Below, in pieces: positions 1 through 11,335 of a stretch of DNA of 64,000 bases. Made by a program: the position numbers and the translations under genes. The stretch is from positions 806,001 through 870,000 of the forward strand of contig OZ251240.1 of assembly GCA_965240325.2 (NCBI GenBank). Reading direction: 5' to 3'. The notes beneath the pieces are model-generated. The model saw only the letters and a list, made by a program, of their open reading frames with translations, made no database searches and was not told the DNA's origin. Source of the DNA: Rebecca billardiae RCC1528 (Eukaryota; Protista; Haptophyta). The number at the start of each line of letters is the position of its first letter. Position 1 is the first letter of the stretch.

Positions 1-2
1 GC

Positions 3-380
3 CAGCTCGAGTACGAGCTCAAGAAGGACGTGGGCACCAAGTACCCGCAGGAGGGCGCGTACGAGTGCGTCGGATGCGGCGCACCGCTCTACTACGCGCG
101 GCAAAAGTTCGCCTCGGGCTGCGGCTGGCCCGCCTTCTACGAGGGCGTGCCCGGCGCGATCAAGGAGATCCCCGACGCCGACGGCATGCGCGTGGAGATT
201 GTCTGCTCCACCTGCGAAGGCCATCTCGGACACGTGTTCAAGGGTGAGGGCTTCCCGACGCCGACCAACGAGCGCCACTGCGTCAACGGCATCTGCCTGC
301 GGTACAACGCGGCGGCGGAGCAGCCGGAGGACGTGAAGGAGGTGCAGCCCTCGCTGCGGCCGTCGGACATCCCCAAGTGA
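3..380 (+). CDS. msrB: Peptide methionine sulfoxide reductase B (5' end outside window)
   Basis: Open frame from the window edge with two CxxC Zn motifs (CVGC, CSTC), KFASGCGWPAF, HLGHVFxGE and RHCVN. Confidence 0.93.
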   Translation, partial: QLEYELKKDVGTKYPQEGAYECVGCGAPLYYARQKFASGCGWPAFYEGVPGAIKEIPDADGMRVEIVCSTCEGHLGHVFKGEGFPTPTNERHCVNGICLRYNAAAEQPEDVKEVQPSLRPSDIPK

Positions 381-773
381 GGCTAGTTCCTTGCCAATTG
401 GTCGCCGCCTGACTCGGATGCCGACGGCTGGACGCCGGTGTGGGCGCGGGTGGCGCAGGCGGTGGCGCCAAGGCCGAAGACGGTCACTCGGTTCGCGACC
501 GACACTCGTCGGCCCGATGACTCAGCTGCCTCAGTGGGCTTCAGCCTGCCTTGCGGGCTTGCCGTAGACCTGCCAGACCAACGGTGATGGTAGTTATAGT
601 ACTGTATGCATGCCGTACGTCGTAGTCGTAGTATTAGCTGACACTAGCAGACTATAGCTTCAGTTCGGTATGGCCAATCACAGGTCTGAGTGCCACACAG
701 CATCGGCGGGCTTAGGGTCGTTGGTAGTTGAAGTTGTCATAGGGCTCCCGGACGGAGCCACGGCCGGACGGCC

Positions 774-831
774 AGAGAACATCTCTGGCGGGGCTTGCCC
801 AGAGATGTTCTCTCACAGAGATGTTCTCTGA
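774..831. repeat. Short inverted/direct repeat trio upstream of the SPFH gene
   Basis: AGAGAACATCTCTG followed by two copies of its reverse complement CAGAGATGTTCTCT. Confidence 0.6.
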
Positions 832-911
832 ATACGTAAGGGGACTCCCAGCCGGCGCCCGGCGGCGGCGCGTGGCGGCTCCCGAGCGATCGCAAAGCGG
901 CGAGCGCGAAA

Positions 912-2295
912 ATGGCGGCTGGACGGGCGACCGCGCTGCTCGCCTTGTGCGCGCTCGGCGTGCAGGGCGAGCTGCACGCGGGCCGCGCGCCAGCGCTCGG
1001 CGGCGCACGCACGGCGTGGCCAGCCCCGCTCGGCAGCGCGCGCGCGGCCCGCCCCAAGGCGCGTCCGCTTTGCCTACGCGCGCGCGGTGGCGAGCTCGCG
1101 ATTGCGCGCGACATTCTCATCATCTCGACGCTGATCATTGCTCTGCTCGTCGCGCAGGCGGTGCAGATTGTGGGCACCAACGAAGAGCTGCTCGTCGAGC
1201 GGCTGGGCAAGTTCCACCGCCGGCTCGGCCCCGGCCTCCACTTCGTCCTCCCTGGCTGGGAGCGTATCGCCTTCTCTGCCACGCTGCGCGAGCAGGTGCT
1301 GGACGTGCCGCCTCAGCAGTGCATCACGCGGGACAACGCGCCGCTCACGGCGGACGCAGTGATCTACTTCCGCGTGATCGACTCGTACGCCACGCGCTAC
1401 GCCGTCGAGGACCACATCGACGCCCTCTCCAACCTCGTGCTCACGCAGCTGCGCAACGAGATCGGGCAGCTCACGCTCGATCAGACGTTCGGTGCGCGCG
1501 CCGAGCTGAACCGGCTGCTGATGGTCGGGCTGGAGGAGGTGGCGGCGGGCTGGGGGCTGCGCGTGACGCGCATCGAAGTGAAGGACATCACGCCCTCGCC
1601 CGACATCCTTTCCGCGATGGAGATGCAGATGGCGGCCGAGCGCAAGAGTGCGCGCAGCGCGCATGCGTACTGCGCGCATGCGCAACCGCTCCGCCCGGCG
1701 GCCCGCGCGGCCTCCGGGCTACCCCACTCCCACCTCTCCCGGCCCACACCTGCATGGCACGCTGGTTGGCGACCCGGTCCTTGTGCTCCGCCCGCGGCGG
1801 GTGCAGTGATACGCGCCGCAAGGCCGCTGGGCGCCCCCTTCCCCCCACGCCCTCATCCACCGCGCGCCCCGCCCCGCCCCTGCCTCCTGACCGCCCACCG
1901 CAGAGCGCGCGCTCGTTCTAGAGTCTGAGGGCGAGCAGCAGTCTCGCGTCAACCGCGCGGAGGGCGACAAGTGCGCCGCTGTGCTCGCGGCGCAGGCGGA
2001 GCGCGAGGCGACGCTGCTGCGCGCGGAGGCGGAGGCGGAGGCGGTGCGGCGCGAGGCTCGGGGGCTGCGCGAGGCCGTCGAGCACCTCGCCGCAGGCTCG
2101 CTCGGCGGCGATGCCGGCGACACCGCGGGCGCGGCGGGGGCGGCGGCCAGGCTCCTCCTCGCTCGCGGCACCCTGCGTGCGCAGGAGGCAGTGGGCACCA
2201 GCAGCGCGTCCAAGGTGCTGATTCTGCCCGCTGCGCTCGCGCCCGCCGTCGGTGCCGCCGTCGAGGCGTTCGCCTCGCCATTGGCCGCCAAGTGA
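912..2295 (+). CDS. SPFH/band-7 (stomatin-like, QmcA/SLP-2-type) membrane protein; 2 exons (912-1647, 1904-2295)
   Basis: Motifs VERLGKF..L.PGLHF, REQVLDVPPQQCITRDN, LRNEIGQLTLDQTF and RIEVKDITP. A GT-AG intron at 1648-1903 joins MQMAAERK to KRALVLESEGEQQSRVNRAEG. N-terminal signal-like sequence. Confidence 0.9.
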
Positions 2296-2945
2296 GCAGT
2301 CGCGCTGCTGCGTATGTTCTATACATCTACTTACAGTATCTGTGGTGCTTGAGGAGTCTGGAACTATAGCTATCCCTCTAAGTATCCCACCCGTAAGTAC
2401 ACATACGAGAATGGGTATAGGCACACCGCACTACGCGCTTCTCCTATTGACGATGACAAAAATCACATTTATTCTGACATGAGAATTCAATATTCCATGG
2501 GATGGAGGCATGGTAACCTCAGAAAAATGAGCATGGTTACCACCACCGACAGTCGAATAAATATTCCCTGAAACAAAATGTGATTTTGTTTGCATATGGA
2601 TATTTTTCAATAGCCACTATACTAGCAGAAAGTGATGTAAGTATGTAACTACTGACTTGGACACCGGTCCCCAGACGGCGCTCCCCCCAAATTCCAAAAG
2701 GCGTTGGTAACCTGAGCGAAATTCAACCAGGTTACCACTGGTTACAGCCATTTTAAAAATGTGTTTAAATTTATCCGGTCGACGCTGTCAACTTCAATCA
2801 TCTAAACGCCCAATGAATTGTTTTTCGAACATTGAGGGTAATCCTCGCGAGTATTATTTATAATTTCAAATACTGTGTTAACACACTTAACAAAAGTGTT
2901 AACAAAGTATCGGAGGCTTCCGTGTCTGCGACCGCCCGGTCGCCG

Positions 2946-4832
2946 ATGAGTAGGGTCGAAGCTGGGGGAGTGTGTCAATGGCAAGGCATATGCAGCCTGT
3001 TGCCCTGTCGCAAGCCTGTCCCTGTCGTGAGTCCCCACCGACACCGTGCAGCAGCCGACGCGGGAGCAGCTGCTATCCGGGCGGGTGGTGATGAAGCGAT
3101 TTCTCGCGCGTTTCGGCGCGAGCGGCGAGCCCACGCCTACTTTGAGATGCTCATGGCCACGGACGCTTCCGCGGCGGTCGCGCTCCTCCGGCGCAGGTCG
3201 GGGCGTGGCGACGCGCGTGCGACGTTCCTTCTGGCGCAGCGGGCTGAGGTTGGCGACGGCATCGTACAGGACGAGCGAGAAGCCTTTCGCCTGTACACGC
3301 TCGCCGCCGAGCGCGGCTTGGCCGATGCGCAGGCGAAGATGGGCAACATCTGCGTGGCAGGCAAGCTTGGTCAGCCCGTGGACCTCGAGACAGCCACGCG
3401 CTGGTTCCGGCTGGCGGCCGAGCAGGGCTATGCTATAGCGCAGGGCAATCTGGGCCAGTGCCACGCGCACGGCAAGGGTGTGCGGCAGGACTGGGGCGAG
3501 GCACTGCGTTGGTTCCGGCTGGCAGCCGAGCAGGGCCATGCTCCAGCGCAGTGCAATCTGGGCGATTGCTACGCGCGTGGCGAGGGCGTGCAGGAGGATT
3601 GGGGCGAGGCCGTGCGCTGGTACCGGCTGGCGGCCGAGCAGGGCGTTGCTGCAGCGCAGGGCAACCTGGGCTGGTGCTACGCGCACGGCAAGGGTGTGCA
3701 GCAGGATCTGGACGGGTCTGTGCGCTGGTACCGTCTGGCGGCTGAGCAGGGCAATGCTGAGGCGCAGTGCATTGTGGGCGTGTACTACGCGCAAGGCGAG
3801 GGCGTGCAGCAGGACTCGGGCGAGGCAGTGCGCTGGTTCCGGCTGGCAGCCGAGCAGGGTGACTCAGCTGCGCAGTGCAATCTGGGCGGGTGCTACGCTC
3901 GTGGCGAGGGTGTGCAGCAGGATTGGGGCGAGGCAGTGCGCTGGCACTGGCTGGCGGCCGAGCAGGGCCATGCAGACGCGCAGTGCAACCTGGGCGTGTG
4001 CTACTTGCAGGACGAGGGTGGGCAGCAGGATATGGGCGAGGCAGCGCGCTGGTTCCGGCTGGCGGCCGAGCAGGGCATTGCTGAGGCGCAGTACCATCTG
4101 GGCCTGTGCTACGGGCAAGGCAATGGTGTGCAGCAGAATTGGGGCGAGGCTGTGCGCTGGATCCGGCTGGCGGCCGAGCAGGGCCATACTGAAGCGCAGG
4201 GCCATCTGGGCGCTCGCTACGCGCGTAGCGAGGGTGTGCAGCAGGATTGGGCCGAGGCAGCGCGCTGGTACCGGCTGGCGGCCGAGCAGGGCCATGCTGC
4301 TCCAGCGCAGTACGAACTGGGCGTGTGCTACGCGCAAGGCAAGGGTGTGCCGCAGGATTGGGGCGAGGCAGCGCGCTGGCTCCGGCTGGCGGCCGAGCAG
4401 AGCCATGCTCAAGCGCAGCTTGGTCTGGGCCTGTGCTACGCGCACGGAGAGGGTGTGCAGCAGGATATGGGCGAGGCAGCGCGCTGGTACCGCCTGGCTG
4501 CTGATGGTGGGTGCGCACGTGCACACATCATGCTGGGACAGCTGACGCTGGCGGGTGCGGAAGTGGAGCGTGACGTGGAGGAAGGCGCACGGCTGCTGTG
4601 CCGTGGCCAAGAGCTCGATCCCGATTGCAGAGATGCAGTGTGTAAGGTGCTGGCTGAGGCAGCTGGAGAGCGTGTGGTGGTCTCCCAGTGCTGCATCACC
4701 TGCGGACGGACAGGCAGTGGTCTGAAGAAGTGCGAGCGGTGCCACGTGGCGGTTTTCTGCTCGCGCGAGCACCTGCGCAGCTCGTGGAAGGTGCACAAGC
4801 CCCACTGCAACGCGTGGTGCGGCGCACCTTAG
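2946..4832 (+). CDS. Sel1-like repeat protein (~13 SLRs) with C-terminal MYND-type zinc finger; intronless; start uncertain
   Basis: 36-aa repeats AQxxLGxCYxxGxGVxQDxxEAxRWxRLAAEQG (108-bp DNA units); C-terminus CITC...KKCERCHVAVFCSREHLRSSWKVHKPHC. Confidence 0.88.
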   Translation: MSRVEAGGVCQWQGICSLLPCRKPVPVVSPHRHRAAADAGAAAIRAGGDEAISRAFRRERRAHAYFEMLMATDASAAVALLRRRSGRGDARATFLLAQRAEVGDGIVQDEREAFRLYTLAAERGLADAQAKMGNICVAGKLGQPVDLETATRWFRLAAEQGYAIAQGNLGQCHAHGKGVRQDWGEALRWFRLAAEQGHAPAQCNLGDCYARGEGVQEDWGEAVRWYRLAAEQGVAAAQGNLGWCYAHGKGVQQDLDGSVRWYRLAAEQGNAEAQCIVGVYYAQGEGVQQDSGEAVRWFRLAAEQGDSAAQCNLGGCYARGEGVQQDWGEAVRWHWLAAEQGHADAQCNLGVCYLQDEGGQQDMGEAARWFRLAAEQGIAEAQYHLGLCYGQGNGVQQNWGEAVRWIRLAAEQGHTEAQGHLGARYARSEGVQQDWAEAARWYRLAAEQGHAAPAQYELGVCYAQGKGVPQDWGEAARWLRLAAEQSHAQAQLGLGLCYAHGEGVQQDMGEAARWYRLAADGGCARAHIMLGQLTLAGAEVERDVEEGARLLCRGQELDPDCRDAVCKVLAEAAGERVVVSQCCITCGRTGSGLKKCERCHVAVFCSREHLRSSWKVHKPHCNAWCGAP

Positions 4833-5020
4833 GCAGTTTGGGGGCCCGCCTGCGTTGACTCTGCCGTCGTCGCGCCAGAGTCGAGTGCCACTGCATTTCG
4901 GCAGCCCGTACTGACGCCGTACAGTATAGGCTGCAACTGGCTACTGGCACATGACCGAGGCCATCAGCGCTCATGCCTCATCCCGCGGACGAATTGTACA
5001 GTTTACGACGACTATATGCT

Positions 5021-5050
5021 TTAACGTGCACACTTGCTTAAGGCGTGATT
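5021..5050. repeat. Dispersed TTAA-bounded motif (other copies at 6185-6214, 17254-17274, 29071-29104; degenerate at ~17975-17994)
   Basis: TTAACGTGCACACTTG(G/C)TTAAGGCGTGA, seen on both strands and usually next to TAGTAAACTGTA. Confidence 0.7.
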
Positions 5051-5734
5051 GACGCGCGCCATCCGCGAACACTGCGCACAGTACTCATCCGGTAGTACTA
5101 CTACTTGGTGCGTCAATAGTACTCGTACTCAGTACGGTACTTAGTACTACTATTGACGCGACGATAAGCCGGCGGCGGCCGCGAGTTCAGTTATTGTTTT
5201 TTAGTTCAGCAGTACGTATTCCGGTAGCAATAGCTGTCTGCTGTTATAGTAAGAACTTAGCAGTGACTAGTCTCGTCATCAGAGTCATATTAGATGAGTA
5301 CTCGACGTGCGTAGTTGATTAAGACTACGAACGTAGTACCACTTGCGCAATAGCAGCAGCATAAAGACTGGCCGCGGTGCCCAGAGAGCCTCAATGCAGG
5401 CCGTTTTGAACGCGCTCGCGCGCGGCGTCAGTCCAAGCCAGCGGACGGGCGCCAGGTGGCCCCGCTTTTCCGCAAGTGCGCGAAAACATACATCATAGGT
5501 TTTTATTCTGCGTCGATTTCAGGGTAGGCGACCACTCCCGGACCTGGCGCAGTCAGGAAGAAGCTATGAGAGAGCCGCCGAAGCGGCTAGTCTGCTTTAT
5601 TATGACGATGCTGTCTTCAGACTGTTCAGCACTCCGTTTACGTTACCGTACGACACAGCGCTACGACTCTATCTACTACATCACATCACACTACACACGA
5701 CAGTAAGCTAGCCGTAGCAGCTATCTCAGATAGC

Positions 5735-7676
5735 TAATGGCCCGCGGTGCAGGGCGGAGCGCGTAGCGTGGAGCCCCGCCGGGGGCCCTCACTACGTTGT
5801 CAAAAAGATCTTTTGATCAAAGAAAAGGGGACGGGGGACGATTTTTACGGTTGTTGGAGGGTGAGTTTTCGCTTTTTCGAGGGGTAGATAGCTCTCTATC
5901 GCAAGATGCGGTTGACGAAATAGGCGCGCCCGGACGTGAGTAATAAGAAAGATCGAAGGCCGCTGGCCGTCACTTTGTCAGTAAAGTTTAGTCACCGTGT
6001 CATCGACGCTATTGAAAACTTGGTCGCCGGTCCAAGGGCCGTATTGTTTTGACAAAGTGCATGTGCATGGGTCATATACTACGACTGTTTCAAACTGCAT
6101 GTCGGCGTACCGAGCGCGCTGTTTGCCGGTTTGCATTATTTTGCGCACGCGGGGGTCATATTGATTAAAACCGTAGTAAACTGTAATCACGCCTTAACCA
6201 AGTGTGCACGTTAAAACATGGTAAATGGTAGAATATCGGGTTGAAGAATACTAACGACGAAGCTTTGCGCTCGCGTGGCTCGAGCGCGAGATGGATGAAC
6301 CTCCTTTGCCATAATATGAAAGAAAAACGGGTTACCCGCCCGCCAGCGTCTCGCGACGAGGACGGGTGCCCAAGCGGCAAGCGCGCACATCATGATCATC
6401 GCCGTCGGCGGGCCCATCTTCGGCCGGCTCGAGCTGATGCACATCACGACGCTCAAGCAGGCGCTGTCCGTACCGACGTTGGCGCGCCTCCAGCGGATGG
6501 TCGACAAAGCACCCGTGGGCGAAGGAGGACCACAATCATGGCCGAGTCATCGGAGACGTCGCTGACCTCGCGGCTTCAAACAATCAAACATCAACCGCTC
6601 AGCCGGTTGCCACCGCGGCCGAGCGGTGCGCGCTCGCCACCGCGGCCGGCGCTGTGCACGGGCGTGCTGAGCCCGGGCCGCGTGAGCTCGCCCACCTCGC
6701 CCGGCGCGCACGCCGACGCCGCCACCGCGGCTCGGCGGCCGGACTCATCTCGGCCCGCAGCGCTTGCGTCCCCCCGCGGCGGCGCGCGCCGCCGTCGCCG
6801 CCGCGCAGGCCGTGCACTCGGTGGATGAGGAGACGGCCCTGCTGCGCGCGGAGCGCTGCGCGCCGCGCGCTGCTCCTGCTGCGGCGCGCAGTAGTCCGCT
6901 CGTCCGCCCCGCGGGCTCGCCACGGAGCCGACGAGCGCGATGACGACAATCGAATGAGCACGAGTGCGCACGGAGGCGCTGGGCGCCGAGCTGGCGAAGC
7001 GCGGCGCCGAGCTCGACGCGCTGCGCGACGCGGCGACGGACGCGCTGGGCGCGCGCGGCGCCCTCGTCGCGACGCCCCGTGCAGCAGCTCGAGCAGCCAG
7101 CTGTGGAGTAGACGGCCGTCGACTCGAGGGCGCCACCGCGCCGGGTGAGTGAGCACGCACGGGCCGTCCGCCTCGGTCGGAGGCTGGCTGGCCGCCGCCG
7201 TGGCTTCGAGGCCGACGCGGCGGAGGAGGCGGCGGGCGAGCACGGTGGCGCGGTGGAGCAGGCGCGCACGCGCGGCGGCAGGCGCGACCCGCCGCTCGCC
7301 TCGTTCCACCCCGAGCTCCGCTCGGTCTCGCCTCTCGGTGCGCGGCTGCGCAGCGCCGTGAGCGCAGGCTGGGGCCGCTGGGGGTGGGGCCAGCAGAGTG
7401 GTGCGCGCTCTCGCTCTGCCGGCACGAGGCGCGCCGGCTGAGCGACCAGCGGCCCGTCGTCGAGCGCGTGGCGCAGCGCGAGCACCTCAAGGCAGGCTCG
7501 CCCTGCGCGCGCGCGCCGCTGCCCCGGCCGCCGTCCGTACTTCTTCGCGCGGGCCCGCGGCGACAGTCCTCATCGGCCCGCCATGTTGACCAGACTGAGA
7601 CAGCAGCCGACGGAGGGTGCACCGCGGGCCCCTAACTACGTTGGTTCTACGGAAGGACCGCGGAACGCGGTCATAA
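5735..7676 (+). mobile_element. Non-autonomous Helitron2/Helentron-like element, copy A (interior differs from copies B and C)
   Basis: 5' end ATGGCCCGCGGTGCA. 3' end has the inverted copy TGCACCGCGGGCC about 25 bp upstream of a terminal hairpin ACCGCG-GAA-CGCGGT-CATAA. The termini are shared with copies B and C; no variable TSD. Confidence 0.65.
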
Positions 7677-7681
7677 GTAGG

Positions 7682-10640
7682 TTATGACCGCGTTCCGCGG
7701 TCCTTCCGTAGAACCAACGTAGTTAGGGGCCCGCGGTGTGCACTCTCCGTCGGCATATGCTGTCCGTCCAACGCGCGGCCGTAGCGGCAGCAGCAGCGCG
7801 GAGCGCCGTCGAGCACGCGCGGCAAACGAATAATGGAATATTATGCAGCGCGGGCGAGTCGACGGTCTGGAAAATGCGCGATCACGCCACAGCAGGCTGG
7901 CAGAGCCCGCCCCGAGCTGCAGCATGCGCCGTAGGTGCTGCCCCAAGCTCTCGACTGCCCGTAAGCGGCGGCATGTGCGGCGGCGCCGGCGGCGGCCATG
8001 CTGCCCCGCCGTTGCGCGCCGCGGGGCGCTGCCAGCACCTCCGTGGTGAAGCGCACAGCGCTCGAGCCCACAGGGGCTGGCGACCGTCAAACCGATACCC
8101 CATGACACGGGCCGGGGCTGCGTGTGCCAGCTGCACGCACCCCCTGGGCCCACCTGGCCCGCTCGAGCAGCTCGCGCCTTGGGTGCGCACAGCGGCTCGA
8201 GTATACTGGTATGGGACGCCTGCTAGTGCTGCGGTGCCGCCGAGCGAGCACGTGCGGCCGAGGGTCACGCAGCACGGGCGACTCGACGGCGGCGAGCAGG
8301 CGCGACGGCCTCGCCGCGCCGCGGTAGAGCCTGCCCGGGCTGCAGCACGCCATAGGAGCAGCCCAGCGCCCTCCTCCGCCCTCCAGCTTCGGCGCGCGCA
8401 GCAGGCCCGGCGGCGGACATGCTGGCGTGCCCAAGCAAGCAGGCAGATGGGCGCTGCCGGCCGCGCCGTCGCAAAGCGCGCAGAACTCGAGCTCGGGGGG
8501 GCGGACGGCCGCCAAACTGGCGCCGCAGGACGTGGCACTGCGTGCGCCAGCTGCGCGCACCCGCTGCGCCCGCGTAGCCCGTGCGAGCGCCGCGCCTCGA
8601 GCACACGCCGCAGCAGCTCGACACAGCCACTGCAGTGCCACGCCGTGGCCCGTCGGCATCTTGGAAGCCGCCGAGAGCGTGTGCTTTCCCCGCACGACGG
8701 CGGTAGCTGCCGCGATGTATACGAGCGTGCTGCCGCGCCGGCCGCCGCTGCCCGGCCGCTGCGCCGGCTTCCACTCCGCGCCCGCTGCGCGTCCGCAGCT
8801 GGCAGCTGCGCCCGCCGTCAGCCGGCCCGGTGGCCAGCTGCCGCGCTCGCTGGGCGACGACTCGATGATGCGCGCAGCGTAAAGTGCGCGCTGGGCACCT
8901 CCTCGTCGCGTGCAATTTCGAGGTAGTCCTGCATCTGCTCCTGCATCAGCCCCTCCCACCCTGCGCGCGGGCGCGGACGGAGTCGCACGCACGCGGTCCG
9001 ATCGACGATCGATCGAGGCGCGGGCCGCGGCGGGACCGGGGCGTCGACGCGCAGGTTAGGTAGGTATGGTGCCGGCGCTTCCCGCAGGCGTTGCGCGCTT
9101 GGGGCGAGTGGGGCGCGTGGGCGAGACCAGCGGCCAGCCAGCCCACGCCACCGGCGCGAGGGCACCGGCGCGGCGCGCACACACACTTTGGGCCGCGCGG
9201 ACCTGGTCGCGGGGCCGCCGCGCGGCTGCGTGACCGGCAGCTGTGAGTGAGCTGATCGAGTGAGCAAGCCGAATGCGCGTCCGGAGGTACCTGCAGGCGC
9301 GCAGCGTAAAGTGCGCGCTGGGCACCTCCTCGTCGCGTGCAATTTCGAGGTAGTCCTGCATCTGCTCCTGCATCAGCCCCTCCCACCCTGCGCGCGGGCG
9401 CGGACGGAGTCGCACGCACGCGGTCCGATCGACGATCGATCGAGGCGCGGGCCGCGGCGGGACCGGGGCGTCGACGCGCAGGTTAGGTAGGTATGGTGCC
9501 GGCGCTTCCCGCAGGCGTTGCGCGCTTGGGGCGAGTGGGGCGCGTGGGCGAGACCAGCGGCCAGCCAGCCCACGCCACCGGCGCGAGGGCACCGGCGCGG
9601 CGCGCACACACACTTTGGGCCGCGGACCTGGTCGCGGAGTTAGGTATGGTGCCGGCGCTTCCCGCAGGCGTTGCGCGCTTGGGGCGAGTGGGGCGCGTGG
9701 GCGAGACCAGCGGCCAGCCAGCCCACGCCACCGGCGCGAGGGCACCGGCGCGGCGCGCACACACACTTTGGGCCGCGGACCTGGTCGCGGGGCCGCCGCG
9801 CGGCTGCGTGACCGGCAGCTGTGAGTGAGCTGATCGAGTGAGCAAGCCGAATGCGCGTCCGGAGGTACCTGCAGGCGCGCTCGGGGAGGGCCGAGGGCGA
9901 TAGGTCGAGACCAGCGGCCGGCCGGCACCCGTCGCGCACGCACTCGGTGCGCGCCTTTGAAGGCGGCATCCTCGCTCGGGCCGATGTCGTCGCGCCGCTC
10001 GCGAGCACGAGACAGCTGACAGGCGGGTAACTTGGTTGTGACAAGCGCTATATTCAAAAGAATATCTTTCAATATTATCAAGGCGGTTCATCCATCGAGG
10101 CAAGCGGGTAACTGGCTTTAAATAGCGCTATTCAAAAGAATCTCTTCAATATGATGAGGAGGTTCATGAATCCAACGAGACAGGTGGGTAACTTGGTTTA
10201 AAATCGCCATTCAAAAGAATCTCTTTCAATACCATGAGGCGGTTCATCCATCGAGACATGCGGGTAACTTCTTTTCGCAAGCGCTATTCAAAAGAATCTG
10301 GCCTCATAGCTGTTTTCGACCCAAAACAATCAAACGTCGCTCGGCAAACTCGTACTCCAGCATACAAGAAGGACAAAAATACTCACTTGTTTCACCCCCG
10401 GGGTATCTGATCCCACGTCCGTCCATAGTAGATACAAGAATTGCAGCGGGCGCGGCCTTTTAAGCTGTGATGGACAGCATACCCCCCCTCAAAAAGTCGA
10501 AAACTCACCCTCCAACAGCCCTCAAAATCGTCCCCCATGCCCTTTTCTTTGATCAAATTCAAAAGATCTTTTTGACAACGTAGTGAGGGCCCCCGGCGGG
10601 GCTCCACGCTACGCGCTCCGCCCTGCACCGCGGGCCATAA
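7682..10640 (-). mobile_element. Helitron2-like element, copy B (with internal tandem duplications)
   Basis: Same termini as copy A in opposite orientation. Interior nearly identical to 18003-20413. Internal ~430-bp duplication (8870-9296 repeated from 9297) plus a further partial repeat at ~9640. Confidence 0.75.
10021..10300. repeat. Subterminal ~77-80-bp tandem repeats (3.5 units) inside element B; also at 19780-20055
   Basis: Unit approximately GGGTAACT..AGCGCTATTCAAAAGAATCTCTTTCAATA..GAGGCGGTTCATCCATCGAGAC. Confidence 0.85.
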
Positions 10641-10942
10641 GGCCTAACCGTGTAGTGACTCATCAGTACTCACATGCAGCGTAGTATCTAGTGATGACAT
10701 CAATATGGTCGTAGTCTTCAAGATGCACTCAATACTCATCATTCATCAATAAGCAGTAGTCGTTGTAACTAGCTATGATGACCTGCGTGCCTTTCTTCGA
10801 GTCTCTCCTCTCTAGCTCTCTCTCCCATAGTCAGTTCTCTCTCGTCTCTCTCTCTCTGCGCTCTCTCTCTATACGTTCACCTCTCTCTCTCTCTCTCTCA
10901 CTGACTCACTCTCTCTCACGCGTTGTGACCAGCTCGAGGGAC

Positions 10943-11295
10943 TCACGCGCCTGCACCGTACGGGCGATACGTGCTCGTGTCGCCGCCTTCGGACGCGTCT
11001 TGGTCGAGCTCCATCGCCTCGCCACCGCGCGCAGCCGCGCCTGCTGGGAAGAGCGCGTGCGCCAGCCTGTCGCACAGGCCGTGCACGGCCTGGGTCGCGC
11101 GCGCCTCGTGCGCAGCCGCGTCAAGCGCGGCGCCGGCGTCGCATGCGCGCCCCACCGCCGGGTCCAGCGGGAGCTTGCCGAGGAACGGCACGGCAAACTC
11201 GGCGGCCATGCGCTCGGGGCCGCGCAGGGCCGGGCTCGGCTCCGTGGCACCCGCGTGGCCGTTGCTCGTCGCCATCCCGGCCGCATCGGCGCCAT

Positions 11296-11335
<40 letters not shown>

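Noticed and set aside
706-718. Telomere-like TTAGGG
   Set aside because: Single occurrence, not an array.
2802-4805. Antisense ORFs over the Sel1 gene (similarly over NBP35, the TRP gene and the giant gene)
   Set aside because: Expected shadow frames of GC-rich repetitive coding sequence.
5021-6214. piggyBac-like element defined by the two inverted TTAA motifs
   Set aside because: It would straddle the end of element A, and the motif also occurs solo elsewhere.
6241-10103. Many Arg/Ala/Pro-rich ORFs in elements A and B (and C, and the foldback arms)
   Set aside because: High-GC spurious ORFs with no domain signatures; frames differ between near-identical copies.
10021-10300. ~78-bp repeats as a CRISPR array
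   Set aside because: Whole units are homologous with no unique spacers; they are subterminal repeats of a mobile element.
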